From the human T2T-CHM13v2.0 reference genome, Homo sapiens, in NCBI RefSeq assembly GCF_009914755.1, contig NC_060928.1: a DNA stretch of 64,000 nt; one strand, written 5' to 3'. Below the pieces are notes generated by a model. That model worked only from the letters and a program-made list of their open reading frames with translations. It did not search any database and was not told the DNA's origin. Below, one piece after another: positions 13,609 through 27,800 of the stretch. Numbering within the stretch: the first letter of the stretch is position 1; each line of letters starts with the position of its first letter. The position numbers and the translations under genes are program-made.

Positions 13609-16600
13609 CTGAAAAAATATATATACATAAAAAAAGCTCACTACATTAGTACATAGAAACCAGAAAAAAATATGTCAGATAGTTACAAAAGTGGTATAAT
13701 TAGGTTGACTTCATTTTTTAAATTGGATATACAAAATTTAACAGTTAAAAAAATCATCAGTCAAGCGAAATGTCAACACCACATAACATAGATTAAAAGA
13801 AGTATAAAACAGAAATGCAAACTTTAAAGAGTTAAATAAGTAAACAAGAAAAGTGTTTCAAATTAACAAAGTTAATTTTCCCATGATATTATATGTTGAA
13901 GTAGATAGCATTAAACAGATCAAGGATCTCAATGATCAGGCTGTATCAATTTTACAATGATAAAATATGATAAAGAAGCACAAATGTAGCATATCATAAA
14001 TATGAGTATAATTAATTTGGGCTTATGGAACTTTAAGGTGATTTATGATGAATTCAAACCTCCACACAACAAAAGAATGAAATTATACAAACATAATAGA
14101 GGTTTAGATTCAGTACACTTAGCAGAAATTTCCTTGAGACTAGGAAACACATTTAGAAAAAAAAAATAATAACACATAGGAACAACTGAAAATGCTGACT
14201 GATCACTGAATTTTTTCAGATTTCTTTATTGAGGATTTTTAAATAATAAATTATTCAGCATTCAGTAAAAAATATATATATACCAAAGAAGTGAACAATT
14301 AACCATCTAAAAACATTCCATAGTTGAAGAATTTATTGTACAATCTTTTTCTTGGCTTCTAACCTCTCTTCTTCTAATTCCATATTCACCGGAATTTCCC
14401 CTTAAGAAACAAATCGAATCATGTTATTCCAGTTTAAATAACACCTTGGTTTTGCAATGTTTAATACTAAGCCCAAATCCTAAGTTCACCATATAATTTG
14501 ATGAAAATCTATTGCTCAGATGTATCCCCTGAATGCTCCTATAGCACAACCTAAAACACAGCTACACTGAGTTATCAATTTAAGTTCTCCTATATTCTTT
14601 TTATGCCACCATGCTCACTGCACAGACCAGCATCTCTACCTGAAATGCTCCACTATTCTTTCATCTCACAAACTTTTGAATTGGTGTAACGGAAAGTGGA
14701 TTAGAATGAAAAACGTTGGCAGCCAGGGGGAAGACTTTATACAGAGTCCTTGAAACAGGGCTTTTTTGGACAGTTAATTGCATCTCCTCAGTATATTGCA
14801 TCTTCAGATTAGCTGCTTCCTCTTCTGGACTCACACAACACTCTGCACACATTAGTCATAATACACACTTGCAGTCCCCCATGATGTAGCTCACTGTCTG
14901 CTCCTCAAACCAGAGTATGAGGATTTGGGGTGCAGTCAATCTCACTCACTTTTTGAAACCTCTATGTTAATAGTTCCTACCACTTGCATTTGATCAAAAT
15001 AATCCACTGTTTGTGAAATGAACAATGTCTGTATGGCATGTTTATTTTAAAAACAATTCTACTTAAGCAAATGATTGACTTTAGAATTAATGATGTTAGA
15101 TCACAGCAGATACCCATAAATATCTTTTCAATGTAAGTATTTTAGATGTTTGTATATTACTTTTAAATTGAAGATGCCAAGAAAATATTTAGTAGAAATA
15201 TTTTGAGAAGACGCATAAAAAGGTTCCTGCTATTCTCACTCACAAATATAATCTAATGTGAAAAATATTATAAATTTATTCACTAATCTAGATTTCCATT
15301 AAGTACACAAATTTCTCCTAAGTACATAATGACACATGCAAAGAGAGAAAACAGATTAGTTAAAAGTTCAAAATCGTGATAAAGTATTACATAATGCACA
15401 TTTATTAAAACTCAAGTACTATAAAATTCATAAAATAATATTGTTATACACACAAAATGACTTGAAAACAAAGCATGGCTCTTTGGGGAAGTATTAGTAA
15501 TGATAAATCAAATTGATTTAAAACAAATCATTTACATTTTTTAAAAGAAAGTTAAAATAGGGAATAACATCTATACTTTCTAGAAGTTAGAAAAGGTCTC
15601 CTACACAAGTTTAAATCTGTAGAACCAATTAAAAAAAAAACAATGTACAAAAAACCAGGAGTATGGACATATTACTGGGTAACCAGAGCTATATACTCAT
15701 GGCTGTTACATATTTAAGGCTTCTAAAATATCCTTCCAAGTCCAATACAAACATTACTAAATAATAACTGCAGGTTCCCTGAGATATAGAGAGTGGCCTA
15801 GGGTGCCGATAAGGTAAACTTCAGCCGTATCAATAATGTTTAGACTTTTATACTAACAATGGAATACTTGTGTATTTAATTTCTTTAAAAGAAATGTTGA
15901 TCATTATTTACAGAAAGGTTGTAAATCTATTAGTCACCGCAAAACACTTACTTCATTTGGTGCATTTATCATGAATATACCTTCTTCCACCTGGCCCGAG
16001 GGTGGCAAGCACAAAGTTTGTAAGTTCATTTAACCATACATTTATTTTAAAATATATGGATTATATCAATGGAAACAGGTAACAAACACACGAATGAGAG
16101 GTAATAAAGTAGAAAAATCTCTCTTAAGATCCTTTGGGAAAAACAAGTTTTCGGTTTCCAGTATTTACTATTGAAAAATCATATACCATGTAGAGAACAT
16201 GAGATCTGAAATAAAGGATTTGGGTTCCAGCCTCACCACTTAGCAGCTGGTTAACACTGCACGACTTTGTTTAACCTCTCTGAGTCTCATCTGTCAAACA
16301 CAGCTAATCATCTTTGTAACAAATGGTTGTGAGGACCAGATGGGATCAGGACCATGACAAGCACAAAAGTCTAGGGAACTGTCGGTGGTATTTTTTACTG
16401 TTGTTACTGCAGCACAGTGGAAGATGGTTATCTGGGGACTGGGGGAGAGGAAATGCCTTAACTAAATTGCCAAGAATAATCTAGAACGTCATCATGTTTT
16501 GACTTCTACCATTCAGTTTCAGTGTTCATTTTAACACTAAAAATTGATGAAATATGAACACACAAGAAATGATTGTTACCACACAGCTGCTTTTTTTTGC

Positions 16601-17049
16601 TAAATTCATCTATATTTCACTAGTTACAATGACACTAAGCTAAAAGGAAAATGATAAGCATAATGGAGGTTAATTCCAATACTTTCACTACATCTTAACA
16701 TCTTTCCTTATCAAAAAATCTGGACTTCCTCCACTATGTAGTTAATAAAATTTTCAGAAATCTTTATGGGTTAAAATCTACAGTATTCTAACATGAAAAT
16801 CAGAATGAGCCAAAGAAACATCTGATTCAAAACAATAAAATACTAATTTATCTATGTTTTCTTGACCACTTACTTGACTTTAAACAGACAGATGCTATAA
16901 TATCTCCTAATTATTTTCTTGTGTATAATTATTAACTGCATACCACCTTTTGAGTTTCTCACTGAAGATTAACAGCAATTACATTTGACTTTAGAATTAA
17001 TTTTTTAACTGACTTTGTTTGCTAATTAAGTTTGGCTGTTAATTTTATT

Positions 17050-17430
17050 CGACATTTATTGAATGTTTAGTTACTCTGGGCTTGGAACTATGCAGAGCCT
17101 GGAGACATAAAATGCAATAAATAAACTGTGGTCCCTGTCCCCCAAAATTCATAGTCTAACAAAGGAGAGATAACAACAGCAACAAAACAGTAAGAGCTAA
17201 TACTTACTGAGTGCTTACTCTGTGCCAGGCAACTGTGGTGAATGTCTACATATTTACCTCACTTAATCCTCTCAACAACCCTTCGAGTTAAGGACCATTT
17301 CATAATCTGCATAACAGCCGAGAAACTGACATTCAGAAAGGTTAAGGTAGTTGCCCACATTTGCACAGCTGTTAAGTTGGGGAGAGAACCTGAACCCAGA
17401 CTGTCTGGCTACAGAGAGACCACAGTCTTA
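17050..17430 (-). mobile_element. L2 3' fragment followed by MIR
   Basis: catttattgaatg...gtccctgtcc (L2 tail); agctaatacttactgagtgcttactctgtgccaggc...gaaactgac...aggttaaggtagttgccca (MIR). Confidence 0.65.
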
Positions 17431-19834
17431 GTCACTGTATCATATGGCCTCTCATTGCAGCTCGCTCCACCACTGTATCACCTTATAATTATTCTGAAGA
17501 ATGAACAAAACACAACGGGATTAACAGGCAATGGTTAATTCTGTCTGAAGAAGAGAAGGAAGAATCCAAAGGCAGTTTTAAAGGGAGAGTAGCAGGAATT
17601 TCACCAAGCAGGGATGGACTGGAAAAGTGCAAAAACGAAGGCAGGAAGCAAGAAGATGCATAATGACTAGCCTGAAAAATTCATGAGACTTCAGCTGGAC
17701 TGAAGCTCTAGATGTCTGGGATGTGTAAAGAAAAACTGATTTCTAAATTCTAGTCAGGTGAAGTATAAAGAATTAATTATTTCTCCTTTTTGGCTACATT
17801 ACACCTGAACTCAAAACACCAGCTTATTTCCAAAGCCCTCAGTAAAAGTAAAGTAGTTTACTGAAAACAGATACTATTTTGTTATGCTAACATATCTGAG
17901 TTATGGTATCCACAGTGAAAGGAAACATTTCATTGAGAAAAAATTGGAAGAGATTTGATAGATGCTGTCAGTAAGAGGCAAGTATCAGGCAGCTCTGTCA
18001 CCAACTGGTGACCAACTGAAGCCAGGTATGAAGTCACTGGTGATTCCAGCACTAGGCCTGCCCTCAGGCAACCAAGAAACCCATCTTGATTCTCAGGCTC
18101 CCAAATGTGACAGGCAATGAGAGAGAGATGAACAAGGCATTATGGGAAAAACGGGAAGAAAAATAAAGGAGACAAGGGTGGGAGTGGAGAACTGAATGAG
18201 ATTAGGCAAAATTTCTTGGAGTGACATTTCTGCTGGGTGTTATCACCAAGGAGCTGGGAAGGGAGGGGAGGAGTAGGGATTCGAGTAGGAGAATTAGCAC
18301 AAGCCTGCTTGAGAATGACCAGGTAGTAGGGAGAGGAACCAAGGAAAGTTTGCTGTTGCTGGATAAAAGGGAGAGGTGGGAAGTACTGTGGAGAGAGAGG
18401 GAAGACGTCAAATGATAAAGCTACTGAACAGTCTCTGGAGAGACATGAGACATTTATGAAGGGGTGCACAAGGTCAATTTCCATTTGGGGAGGATCCAGG
18501 TAGAATGCCCACAACATTAACAACCTGAAATGGCACAGGCATTGACAATCAGAACAGCCTGCACAGAAGGGAAGGCTCCCAGAGGCCTCCTGTTCTGCAG
18601 GCACCAGGCCTTCAGGTGTGAAATGGTGAAAAGAGAGGTCTGGGTGGTGGTCCCAACAGAAGAAGCAGGAGGGCTGAGGAAGCACTCAGAGAACTGGGGC
18701 AGCAGCTATTTGCTAAATAGTAAGGAAGTATTTCAATATTTTACTAAGTGGCATCGTTGTAGTGATACATGTTAGCTGAAGAGCCAGCCTAGAGACACAG
18801 AGACTCAAAGTTACCGTGGTTTGTGCAATACAGGATGGGAGTCCGAAGCAGGCTGAGGAGGGAGTATAGAGGGAAGGACAGAGATTCTGAAATATGCAGG
18901 AAGCAAATCAAGGAGGCACCTACTGCTAAATAATGACTGCCTCTTTATGGGTTTAACTTCACACACCAGCATATGCTCCCATTTAAAGGCAGTGCAATCA
19001 GTTTCTGGATGTTCAGGTTTTCTAGTTAGTATATTCAAGGGATTAAAAAAAAAAAAGGATGCAAAGAAAGAGCAAAAACTGCCCTAGTATAAAATGTAAA
19101 ATGTAAAGTTAGTTTTTTGTTCAAGCGCTAAAGCTTAACCACATTTTATGCCATTAACATTAGAATTTTTAACTAATTTTCTGTCACGAGGGATATGTTC
19201 CTTTTTCATTCAGTTTAATCGTGTCCACCTATGAAGCATGAATAATAGTGTAATGTGTCCTTGCTCTCTGGCCACAGGATGATCTTAAAAGGATAGAATG
19301 GCATGAAATTGACAAATCTGAGTGTCCATCTAAAGCCTTCTACTTTAGCAAGTAGAAACTCTCCTTACCCAGAGGGGTAGGTTGTGAAATTGATGAAATG
19401 TAGGGTTTCGTCATTTTTAATCCCTTTCTACCAACTGTGATCATCTAAGACAGAAGTGTTCATCAATTTTAAGTATTCCTCAAAAAACACACCTTTCTCT
19501 CATGGGTTTCTCTGTGTTGCTGTTTCTAGTCTTTTATAGTATGTTTGTGGTTTTTTTGTTTTGTTTTGTTTTTTTCCCCAATATAAGACACAATAAGGAA
19601 AGTTGAGCAGGTCCAAAGGAGTGTGGCACAGTGCATCAAATACTCTCTTAGCGCCAATATTAACAGGCAAATCTTGCCAATTTTCCTCTGAGTATAGGGT
19701 ATCAAGTAAATATATTATTATCAGACATTTTGACCTAGTTGAGATTTTCTTGGGCAGTTGGGATTTTCTAAATTTAGCCAATTGGCTCTCTTTAATGGTG
19801 GTCACCAAGAAAAAGTATACAAAAATACACTAAT

Positions 19835-19890
19835 TCGTTCATTCATTCAATATTTATTGAGTGCTCACACTAAACCAGAACACCTAACAC
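19835..19890 (-). mobile_element. L2 3'-terminal fragment, sense to the gene, carrying AATAAA
   Basis: Minus strand reads gcactcAATAAAtattgaatgaatgaacg, the typical L2 tail; hexamer at 19853-19858. Confidence 0.7.
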
Positions 19891-20252
19891 CTGTTGGATC
19901 AGTTATTATGCAGCCATTAAAATGACTGGAATATTGTTTGTGATATTATTGAGGGACAAGACAGAAATAAAGTACTGTGAGATTAAAAACCGCAGAGAAT
20001 ACAATTACACATGCCCACAGAAAGCTAAGTGAAAAAAATGTGGTTCCATTAGGGTGCTGGAGTTGTGCCTCCTCTATTTGCTTCAATACAGTGTAGTCAA
20101 ATATATCTAAAGCACCAATTTTAAAAATCAGTAAAAATGCTTTCATTTTGCTTGCTTCAATGAAATACTTTTTTTAAAAAAAGATATATGACATATTTGT
20201 GTTTTCTGCCAAAAATTTTGATATACAGCTTGCTTGATTAAACACCTGGTCT

Positions 20253-20530
20253 CAGGGTTGACTTCTCCACTAGGCTTGGCAGGCGCAGTGCCAAAGGCTC
20301 ATGATACTTTTAGGGGCCCATGAAAACATCTTATTGTCTTAAAATCAGGAGCAAAAAAACAAATAAATAAACTTTTAAGTCAAATAAAATTTTTTCACAT
20401 GTAACAATAGTATATTTGCATTTATACCACTGCAGTTATAAAATGTAATTTCTGATATTTTTATGTGAAGAAAGGGAATCAAAGGCAAAAATGCCTAGGG
20501 CCCTTGAAAGTCGTAATGCAGTTCTTCCTG
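20253..20530. mobile_element. hAT-type MITE (MER96-like; subfamily uncertain)
   Basis: gatacttttaggggcccatgaaaa...aaaatgcctagggcccttgaaagtcgtaatgca. Confidence 0.5.
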
Positions 20531-20681
20531 GTTAGTTTTCTTTAAAACAGTAGCAAAAGCAATAATACCTATCTTCCTGCAAAAAAAAAATCTTTTAATA
20601 AGGTTATTTTGCGAAGCAGAACATTTGGAGCATTCTAATTTAACTGTAAATAGTCTTAAATGATTGCAGAATGTAACATAC

Positions 20682-20885
20682 CTTTAGTGCCAGACTCGAA
20701 AATGTATTTGAAACATTGCACTTAAAGCTCAGCTGCTTATCCAGGTTTCCCTCTGGATCCCGCCTCCCATAATCCGAAAGTCCTGTACGATCAGAGGCTG
20801 CCACTTTCTGGAACACGGTACAGGTCATCCCCGTGAAGCCAGTAGACTTGATGACATAAGCTTCCAGAGCAATATTGGGTGAATA
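20682..20885 (-). CDS. ADGRA3: ADGRA3 exon ~12, 204 nt, GAIN: YSPNIALEAYVIK...FSSLALK
   Basis: Acceptor ttttcaag (AAG type), donor gtatgt; phase 0-0; ORF 20640..20828. Confidence 0.94.
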
Positions 20886-21480
20886 CTTGAAAAGTCAATC
20901 AAACAGGAGTTATGAACGATTTATAGCACAAAGGAAAAGCACTTTCAAAGACTTTTCAAACACAAAACACTATGCATTAGCCAAACCAGAAAGCCCAGGT
21001 TCTTCCTAAACAAAATCACTGTGTAGATAACTGGCAGAATAAAAAAAAAAAAAGAAAGACAGACCCTGGAATGAAAAGGATGTCCTAAAATGGAAGGGAG
21101 ACCAAAAAAAAGGAAAAGAAGAAGTCATGAAGTACAGAAGATCAGGTCTAAGAAGTCAATTAAAAATAATTTAAGGAGCACTTCGAAGGAAACAACAAGC
21201 TAAAAATGGAAGCATCCTGAAAAAAAATTCAGCTAGAGAAATCAGTGGACCCTCTAAATGCTCATCTTACAGGAAGAATGAGAGCTAAATATTAGTTTGG
21301 GAAATGCACTCGACACATCTGGCCATATTTACCTATTTCTTTCACAGGAAGATCATTAACTCTTTGCATTAAGTTTCACCAATAAAAGCTTTACACACTC
21401 TCCAAAGCTGTTTCTTCAGAAAAGGAAGACAGATGTTAATTTAAATAGTAGGAAATGGACAGATTTAAAAATCAAATTAG

Positions 21481-21700
21481 CCTGGTCAACATGGTGAAGC
21501 TCCATCTCTACTAAAAATACAAAAAATTAGCCTGGCATGGTGGCACACACCTGTAGTCCTAGCGACTCAGGAGGCTGTGGGAAGAGAATTGCTTGAACTT
21601 AGGGAGGCAGAGGTTGCAGTGAGCCAAGATTGTGCCACAGCACTCCAGCCTGGACAACAGAGCAAGACTCAGTCTCCAAAAAAAAAAAAAAAAAAAAAAA
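21481..21700 (+). mobile_element. 5'-truncated Alu with TSD-like aaaaa(t/g)caaattag
   Basis: Starts at cctggtcaacatggtg; poly-A tail; flanks 21467-21480 and ~21698-21711 differ by one base. Confidence 0.85.
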
Positions 21701-22708
21701 AAGCAAATTAGGTCAGAAAAATCATCTGAAAAGCAAATTAGGTCAGAAAAATCATCTGAAAAATATGGCACCTGCCCTAGAGTTTTAAAGGAATTCAGGA
21801 ACAAAAGTGAACCAAGGGGAACCACCAAAACATACAACCTGTCAATACAGACAGCCACCAGGCCCACTCGCTGGAGGACAGAGTGGGCGTGAGAAGTGAC
21901 AAGGAGCCACACCTTCACATCCAGCAGAGTGACAGGATTTACCGTAAATTCTAGGGACAACATGGCATCTCCCTCCTTTAAGGATGATTAAGTATATGCC
22001 TATCCCACAGGCAAGGCACCATTCTAAGTATCACATATGGATGTCTTTTTCTTTAAAGTATGAAATTTTGATGCACGATGCTTACAATCTATTAGGAAAT
22101 AAGATACAAATTTAAAAATACAAAAAGTAAAGTAAAATTTGGCAAGTCTTATGCATGTGAGAGAAAATAATTAGTGGTTCCCAAACTTTTCAAGCATAAA
22201 GAATCTTTGTATTAGTTTTTGCCTCACAATGTAAACACAGTGAAAAGTCTTTTTAATTCAACTTATTTGTTAATAATGTGTATTCTAATTTTTTGCTAGT
22301 CAAAGACACATGTAAACAACCACCAGATCTTCTGACAAGCAGCAGTCATTAGGCCCAACACATGAAACCTTGGTTGAAAGAAATCTGTCATTTTGAGGCA
22401 CCTGTGAAGCCATATCATTTTACTTATTATACATAGATGTATCATCTCCTGGAACTTTGTTTACACATAGAGATGGTATGCAAATTCCTACTATGACCTT
22501 TATTGTACCCTTGGGTTGTCAGAAAAACGAATGCAGTTCAGAGAAAGGGGGGAAGTTCTTTCAGCTGATTAATAAGCATGGCTAAAGGATGAGATTTAAA
22601 ATGGATCTAAATGGCGGAGGTGGACATAAATATGACAAGCTAGTCTCAACTGAGGTCATGAATCTGAGAGGGAAACTCCACTGACTTACATTACAAACAC
22701 AGTGACCT

Positions 22709-23012
22709 AGCCAGGTGCGGTGGCTCACGCCTGTAATCCCAGCACTTTTGGGAGGCTGAGGCGGGTGGATAGCTTGAGATCAGGAGTTCGAGATCAGCCT
22801 GGCCAACGTAATGTAACCCCGTCTCTACTAAAAATACAAAAATTAGCCACACATAGTGGTGCTTGCCTATAATCCCAGCTACTTAGGAGGCTGAGGCATG
22901 ATACTGCTTGAACACGGGTGGCGGAGGCTGCAGTGAGCCAAGATAACACCACTGCACTCCAGCCCGGGTGACAGAGCAAAACTCCATCCCCCCAAAAATA
23001 AATAAATAAATA
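22709..23012 (+). mobile_element. Alu (AluS-like)
   Basis: Full dimer with (AATA)n tail. Confidence 0.9.
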
Positions 23013-23736
23013 TTGAAAAAAAAAGAAACCACAGCAACAAAAAACAAAGACAGTAGCCATGCTGAGACTCCATTTATTATTCCAAAAAGAAAATACTAAA
23101 CTTAATTGAGCAAAGGGAGCAATAAAACATGGTAACATCTAAAAAAGGTCTCAGAGATCAACAGGAAAATAGCAATCTTGAATTGTGTAAAATCACAGGA
23201 GGAAGTGTAGAATATTCTACACTATGTCAGCCCAGTAAAATAATTAGGAAATGAAAATCATGGACCAGATCAAACTATGATTGCTAAGGAAATATCACAT
23301 TATTTACTGTATTCACCACCTTTTTAGGACGAAAAAGTAAGCAGTATATCAAGAAATTTACAACTGTTCAATTTATCATAAATAAAATTTAATACTATGT
23401 AATTGAGTGATCATTATTTATTAATAAGTCATTATCCCAAGAGTGGGATTGACTGAAAATGCCAATAGCTTCACAAGTGTTGGAAGGCATCCCAGTTCTC
23501 TTCTGAGATTGAAACCTGGGCAAACAATCAGATATTCTCTCAAAATATCCTTCAGGGCCCAGAACAGAGTATTAGGCTCAGATGGACTATGGGTATGTGC
23601 CAGTGGGGCAATACAATAGTGTTCTTATTTTCCATTGCAGAAACACTTTCGGTGGATTAGATGGTGATAAACATTCAAATTAAAGATTAAGAAAGTATTT
23701 TCCAGTTCCCAAGAAAACATTACTCAAAAGCAAAAT

Positions 23737-23871
23737 TAACTTATAAAATGTTAGAAGAAATTCTGTAATAACTTATAAAATGTTATAACTTATAAAATGT
23801 TAAGAAGAAATTCTGTAATAACTTATAAAATGTTATAACTTATAAAATGTTAAGAAGAAATTCTGTAATAA
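23737..23871 (+). repeat. Composite AT-rich tandem repeat, 50-bp unit with an internal 16-bp duplication
   Basis: 23761-23810 is identical to 23811-23860; partial copies lie on both sides. Confidence 0.9.
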
Positions 23872-23986
23872 TCAGCAGTAAGAGAAGATATCCACCCCAT
23901 AATGGAGAAGACACCTATCTCTTTCGGGTGAGAGCTGTGTGAAATGCACTTTTTTTCTCAGGAGTCTATGATAATGTTACACTTAC

Positions 23987-24148
23987 TGTTGAATAAACGT
24001 GAGCTCCACCGGCTAGCCGGTAGGTAGCAATGCGCTGAAGACACTGCACAATCCTACTGCAGGCTTTAGCTTCCCTCTGCGCCAGCCACAGGACACGTTC
24101 ATCAGCCAACATGATGTTACTTGCAATGTCAACCATCACGTCACCTAG
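23987..24148 (-). CDS. ADGRA3: ADGRA3 exon ~11, 162 nt, GAIN: [18 protein letters not shown]...GAHVYST
   Basis: Acceptor cctgctag, donor gtaagt; phase 0-0. Confidence 0.94.
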
Positions 24149-24585
24149 CTAGCAGGGGTTCAGGAGAAAAAAGAAAGATCTTTAAAACCACCATAAACTA
24201 TTTCGTAGAATCAAAATCCTAATGGACAGTGAGATTGGCCTTCAGTCTCAAATTCCACATGAGAACCCAACAGGCACTTTACTTGTTTCTCATGAAAACA
24301 TCTTCAGATATGAACAGTTATTTCAAGTATAGCCATTTGGTGGTATTTAGCTCAAAAGAGCATATGTAAGTGGCCACCACATCACTGGTGAAAAGACTGC
24401 CAGGTGTTATCTCAAATGGAGGAAAAGAAAGGCAATTAGATTAATTAAAGAGAAGGAAAGGATGTCACACAATACCAGAATAAAAAGATCTTGACTGTTC
24501 ATCTAGAAAACCATTTATAAACACTTCCTTTTTGTGCATGCATTAGCTTAAATCAAACTATTATTATTAAGAAATACACACCGCC

Positions 24586-24885
<300 letters not shown>

Positions 24886-27800
24886 GGCAGGCAGGCAGGC
24901 ATACTACCCACCTCTTTAGTCTCTGCTCATATTCAACAATGCAGGGATGCCTAGCTACTGCTACGTCCTTGTATGTGTTGTATGATCTCACCCCCATCCC
25001 CTTGCACACGTGGTTTCCTATACCTAGAATGAACTGCATCTTCCCTTCCTCCCAACTCAATGAATGCTTTTAAGATCTAATACAATAAAATAAATGCACT
25101 CTTCCACTGTTTGTTTTACTTGTTTCATTTACTGGATTCTTTTTATTCGCTCACTTCGTAACTTACAGATGTAAACATCTGTCAGGAAATGCCACTGAAA
25201 AGTCAACCAACTATTGTTTACTATAACTCATACGTCTCACCTGAGAGAAATAAATTGAACCGTCTAGGGCTAATGAGACGTACTGGTGTCAAGAGGATTT
25301 TGTATTGAGCAAAACGTTTATAAGAGGGAGACATGCAGCAGAAGGAGCAACAAAAACATTCCAGAGGTAGGATCAGACAATTTGCAAGCTGGCTGGACCT
25401 CTAATCAAGTAGTAAGCATTAAAAGGCGTTAAGCCCCAGTGCAAAGCCAGAAAGCCGGGTCTGTCTTAAGAGATGTCTTTTGATCATCCCAGAAGATCTC
25501 CGCTGAGATTTCAATCCCGTTTTGTATCCAATACACTTCACACAACGTATAATTATGGGGGCTGAAGAGGGTTTGGAAGAAGTTCAGTCCATCCCACCCT
25601 GGTTCACTTTACAAAAAAGTCAGGCCTTTGGAAATCCACCAGATCCCAACCCTGGAACCACGGGGTGAAGCAACCACAGTAAATACATAGATGAGAACAG
25701 GACTTCAAATGCTGACCGTGAGTACCTAGCCTGAACACTTCACCTCTTGGTATCTCCACTTCCCTTCTTCGTAACTACAGATAATAATAGTCCTGTCTTT
25801 CTGAATGTTGTGGAGATTAAGTTCCAATAATAAATACAAGGTTCCTAAAACCGTGCCTGGCACATGGCAAGCACTCAAAAAATGTTGGCGCTTTTACTGT
25901 TTTAATCCCGAAATTGGCCTCTCTTTTAAGATGATAGACTCTAGAGGTAGTAGAAGGGTTGTATTTGTATGTCTGTGTTCACGTAAAAATAGGACCAATG
26001 CATCCAACTAAACTGCCACTTGACCCTCTGTAAAGTCCCACTCTCCCCAGCTTGATCCTATTAAAATAAGTTTTCTGACTTTTTACTGCCCTTACCATAA
26101 TGTATCACAACTTTTTCCTTATTTTACCTCCAATGTAAACATCTTGAGGGTAGAGACAACAAAATGTCTTACGTTTATATCCTTATTCACTAGTACAAGA
26201 GCTGATGCAGAAGCCAACAGTTATCAATGTCCATGTATCCGATATGTATCAATATTCATTTTAAATGTTCATGATTACTGTTCACTGACTATTTATTGAG
26301 GGCCAATGTGAGCCAGACACTGGTGCAACAGCAGCAAAAGAAAGAAACAAGCTCTATCTTCAACCTTATAGTCTGGTGAAGAAAATGCAAAACAAGCATA
26401 TAAATCCATTTTTAAAAAGTGATTTAGATTGTGATAACTGCTACAAGGGAAATATGCAGAGAAATATAGGATACAGAATAATGAAATTTAATCCAAACAC
26501 CCTATTTTAATGAACTAACACATTCTCAAGGGGTACTTCCCCCCAAACCGAAGATATTAACAAGATCAAATGACAAATAATTAAGAAGAGCCTGTAATCA
26601 AGCTCTGCAGAATCCTCAGTTGGTTCATTTTTTTATGATTCATTGGAACATTAGCATCCTAGTTCATGTTCCTACTAACAGACAGATATGGGGGTGAATG
26701 TCATTCTACTAGAAGCCCTTACTTCTGGAGTTATAAAGAAGGGTATTGACTCTTGCTATGTCAGTTACTGAATCTGTCAATCAGCCGTTTATACAGATGC
26801 TAAACTAGTAAGTCCAAAGTCTTAATGGGAATTCACAGTAGTTGGAATAACTTAGTTAAGATTTTGTCTATTATTCTGACTTACTGTTATTTGAAGATTT
26901 TATGCAAAAATAAAAGAGGTAAAAGAGATAACATGGTGAAATATGCTTTATGGCTAACAAAAATATTAATAAAATTCCCACTGGATGCAAAACTTTAAAA
27001 TACACAAAAATATTGATTTTATTGTAAGGCACCACTGAAATATAGGCAGTGCTTACAGATTAGCAAAGTTACAACTAAACTTATTGTTTAATACTTCTCT
27101 GAAGTTTTAAATGTAGGAATTTTATAGGGACCTGACATGAGATCTGATGGGCACGTCATCTTTCTTGAAAAATTCATCATTATTACATGATCAAAGAACT
27201 ACTGCTATGCCCTGCTAGATAATGCCAGTAAAGAAATTAACTTGTGTTAATAATTATAAAAAAAAAAACAACAAATATCTCTAAGAAGGTACAGGACGAA
27301 CAACAGTAATTGCTTTAGTTGAGAACAAGCTATTTTTCTCATTATTTCACTCCAAATGGCTAAGAATGGAGGAAAGGGATTTGTTGCCAAAATATTCCCT
27401 AGAGCAGATAATCAGAAAATGTTATATGCTTCTGTAGCTTGGTTACAGAAGTAGCTCTGAATATGTCACAGTGGCAAAAAGTGACACAAAAGGGGTAACA
27501 ATGCATGAAAAATTACACTGGATTAAAAAAAGTATTCCTGAAATTTGACACACAAAGCTCATTTAAAAACTGCAACCAGTGTAAGGAGCATGCATCAGAT
27601 TTCTCCTTGGCCTCATTCCCCGAAGGCCACTCCAGCCACAAAAGGGTCAGAAGGACTCCTCCACCTGTTCTTGCACCTGTCACACTAAAGTGGGAGGAAC
27701 AACCGAAAGCATGAGCAAATGGACTTTATCGAAGATAAAATGGGGAAGAAACAAATGCACCACATTAATGGCAATGAAAGTGCTCAATGTCAAATGTTGT

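Noticed and set aside
15075-17001. Dispersed 17-mer ttgactttagaattaat (15075 and 16985), and a similar attaagatggtattca pair near 9880 and 10381
   Set aside because: Matches this short are plausible by chance in 64 kb of AT-rich DNA.
18140-18775. Overlapping ORFs up to 181 aa in a purine-rich block
   Set aside because: No recognisable domain, and the strand-biased composition explains the lack of stops. It is probably a decayed ancient repeat that I could not assign to a family.
23737-23871. Regularly spaced repeats as a CRISPR-like array
   Set aside because: No unique spacers, eukaryotic context; this is a simple tandem repeat.
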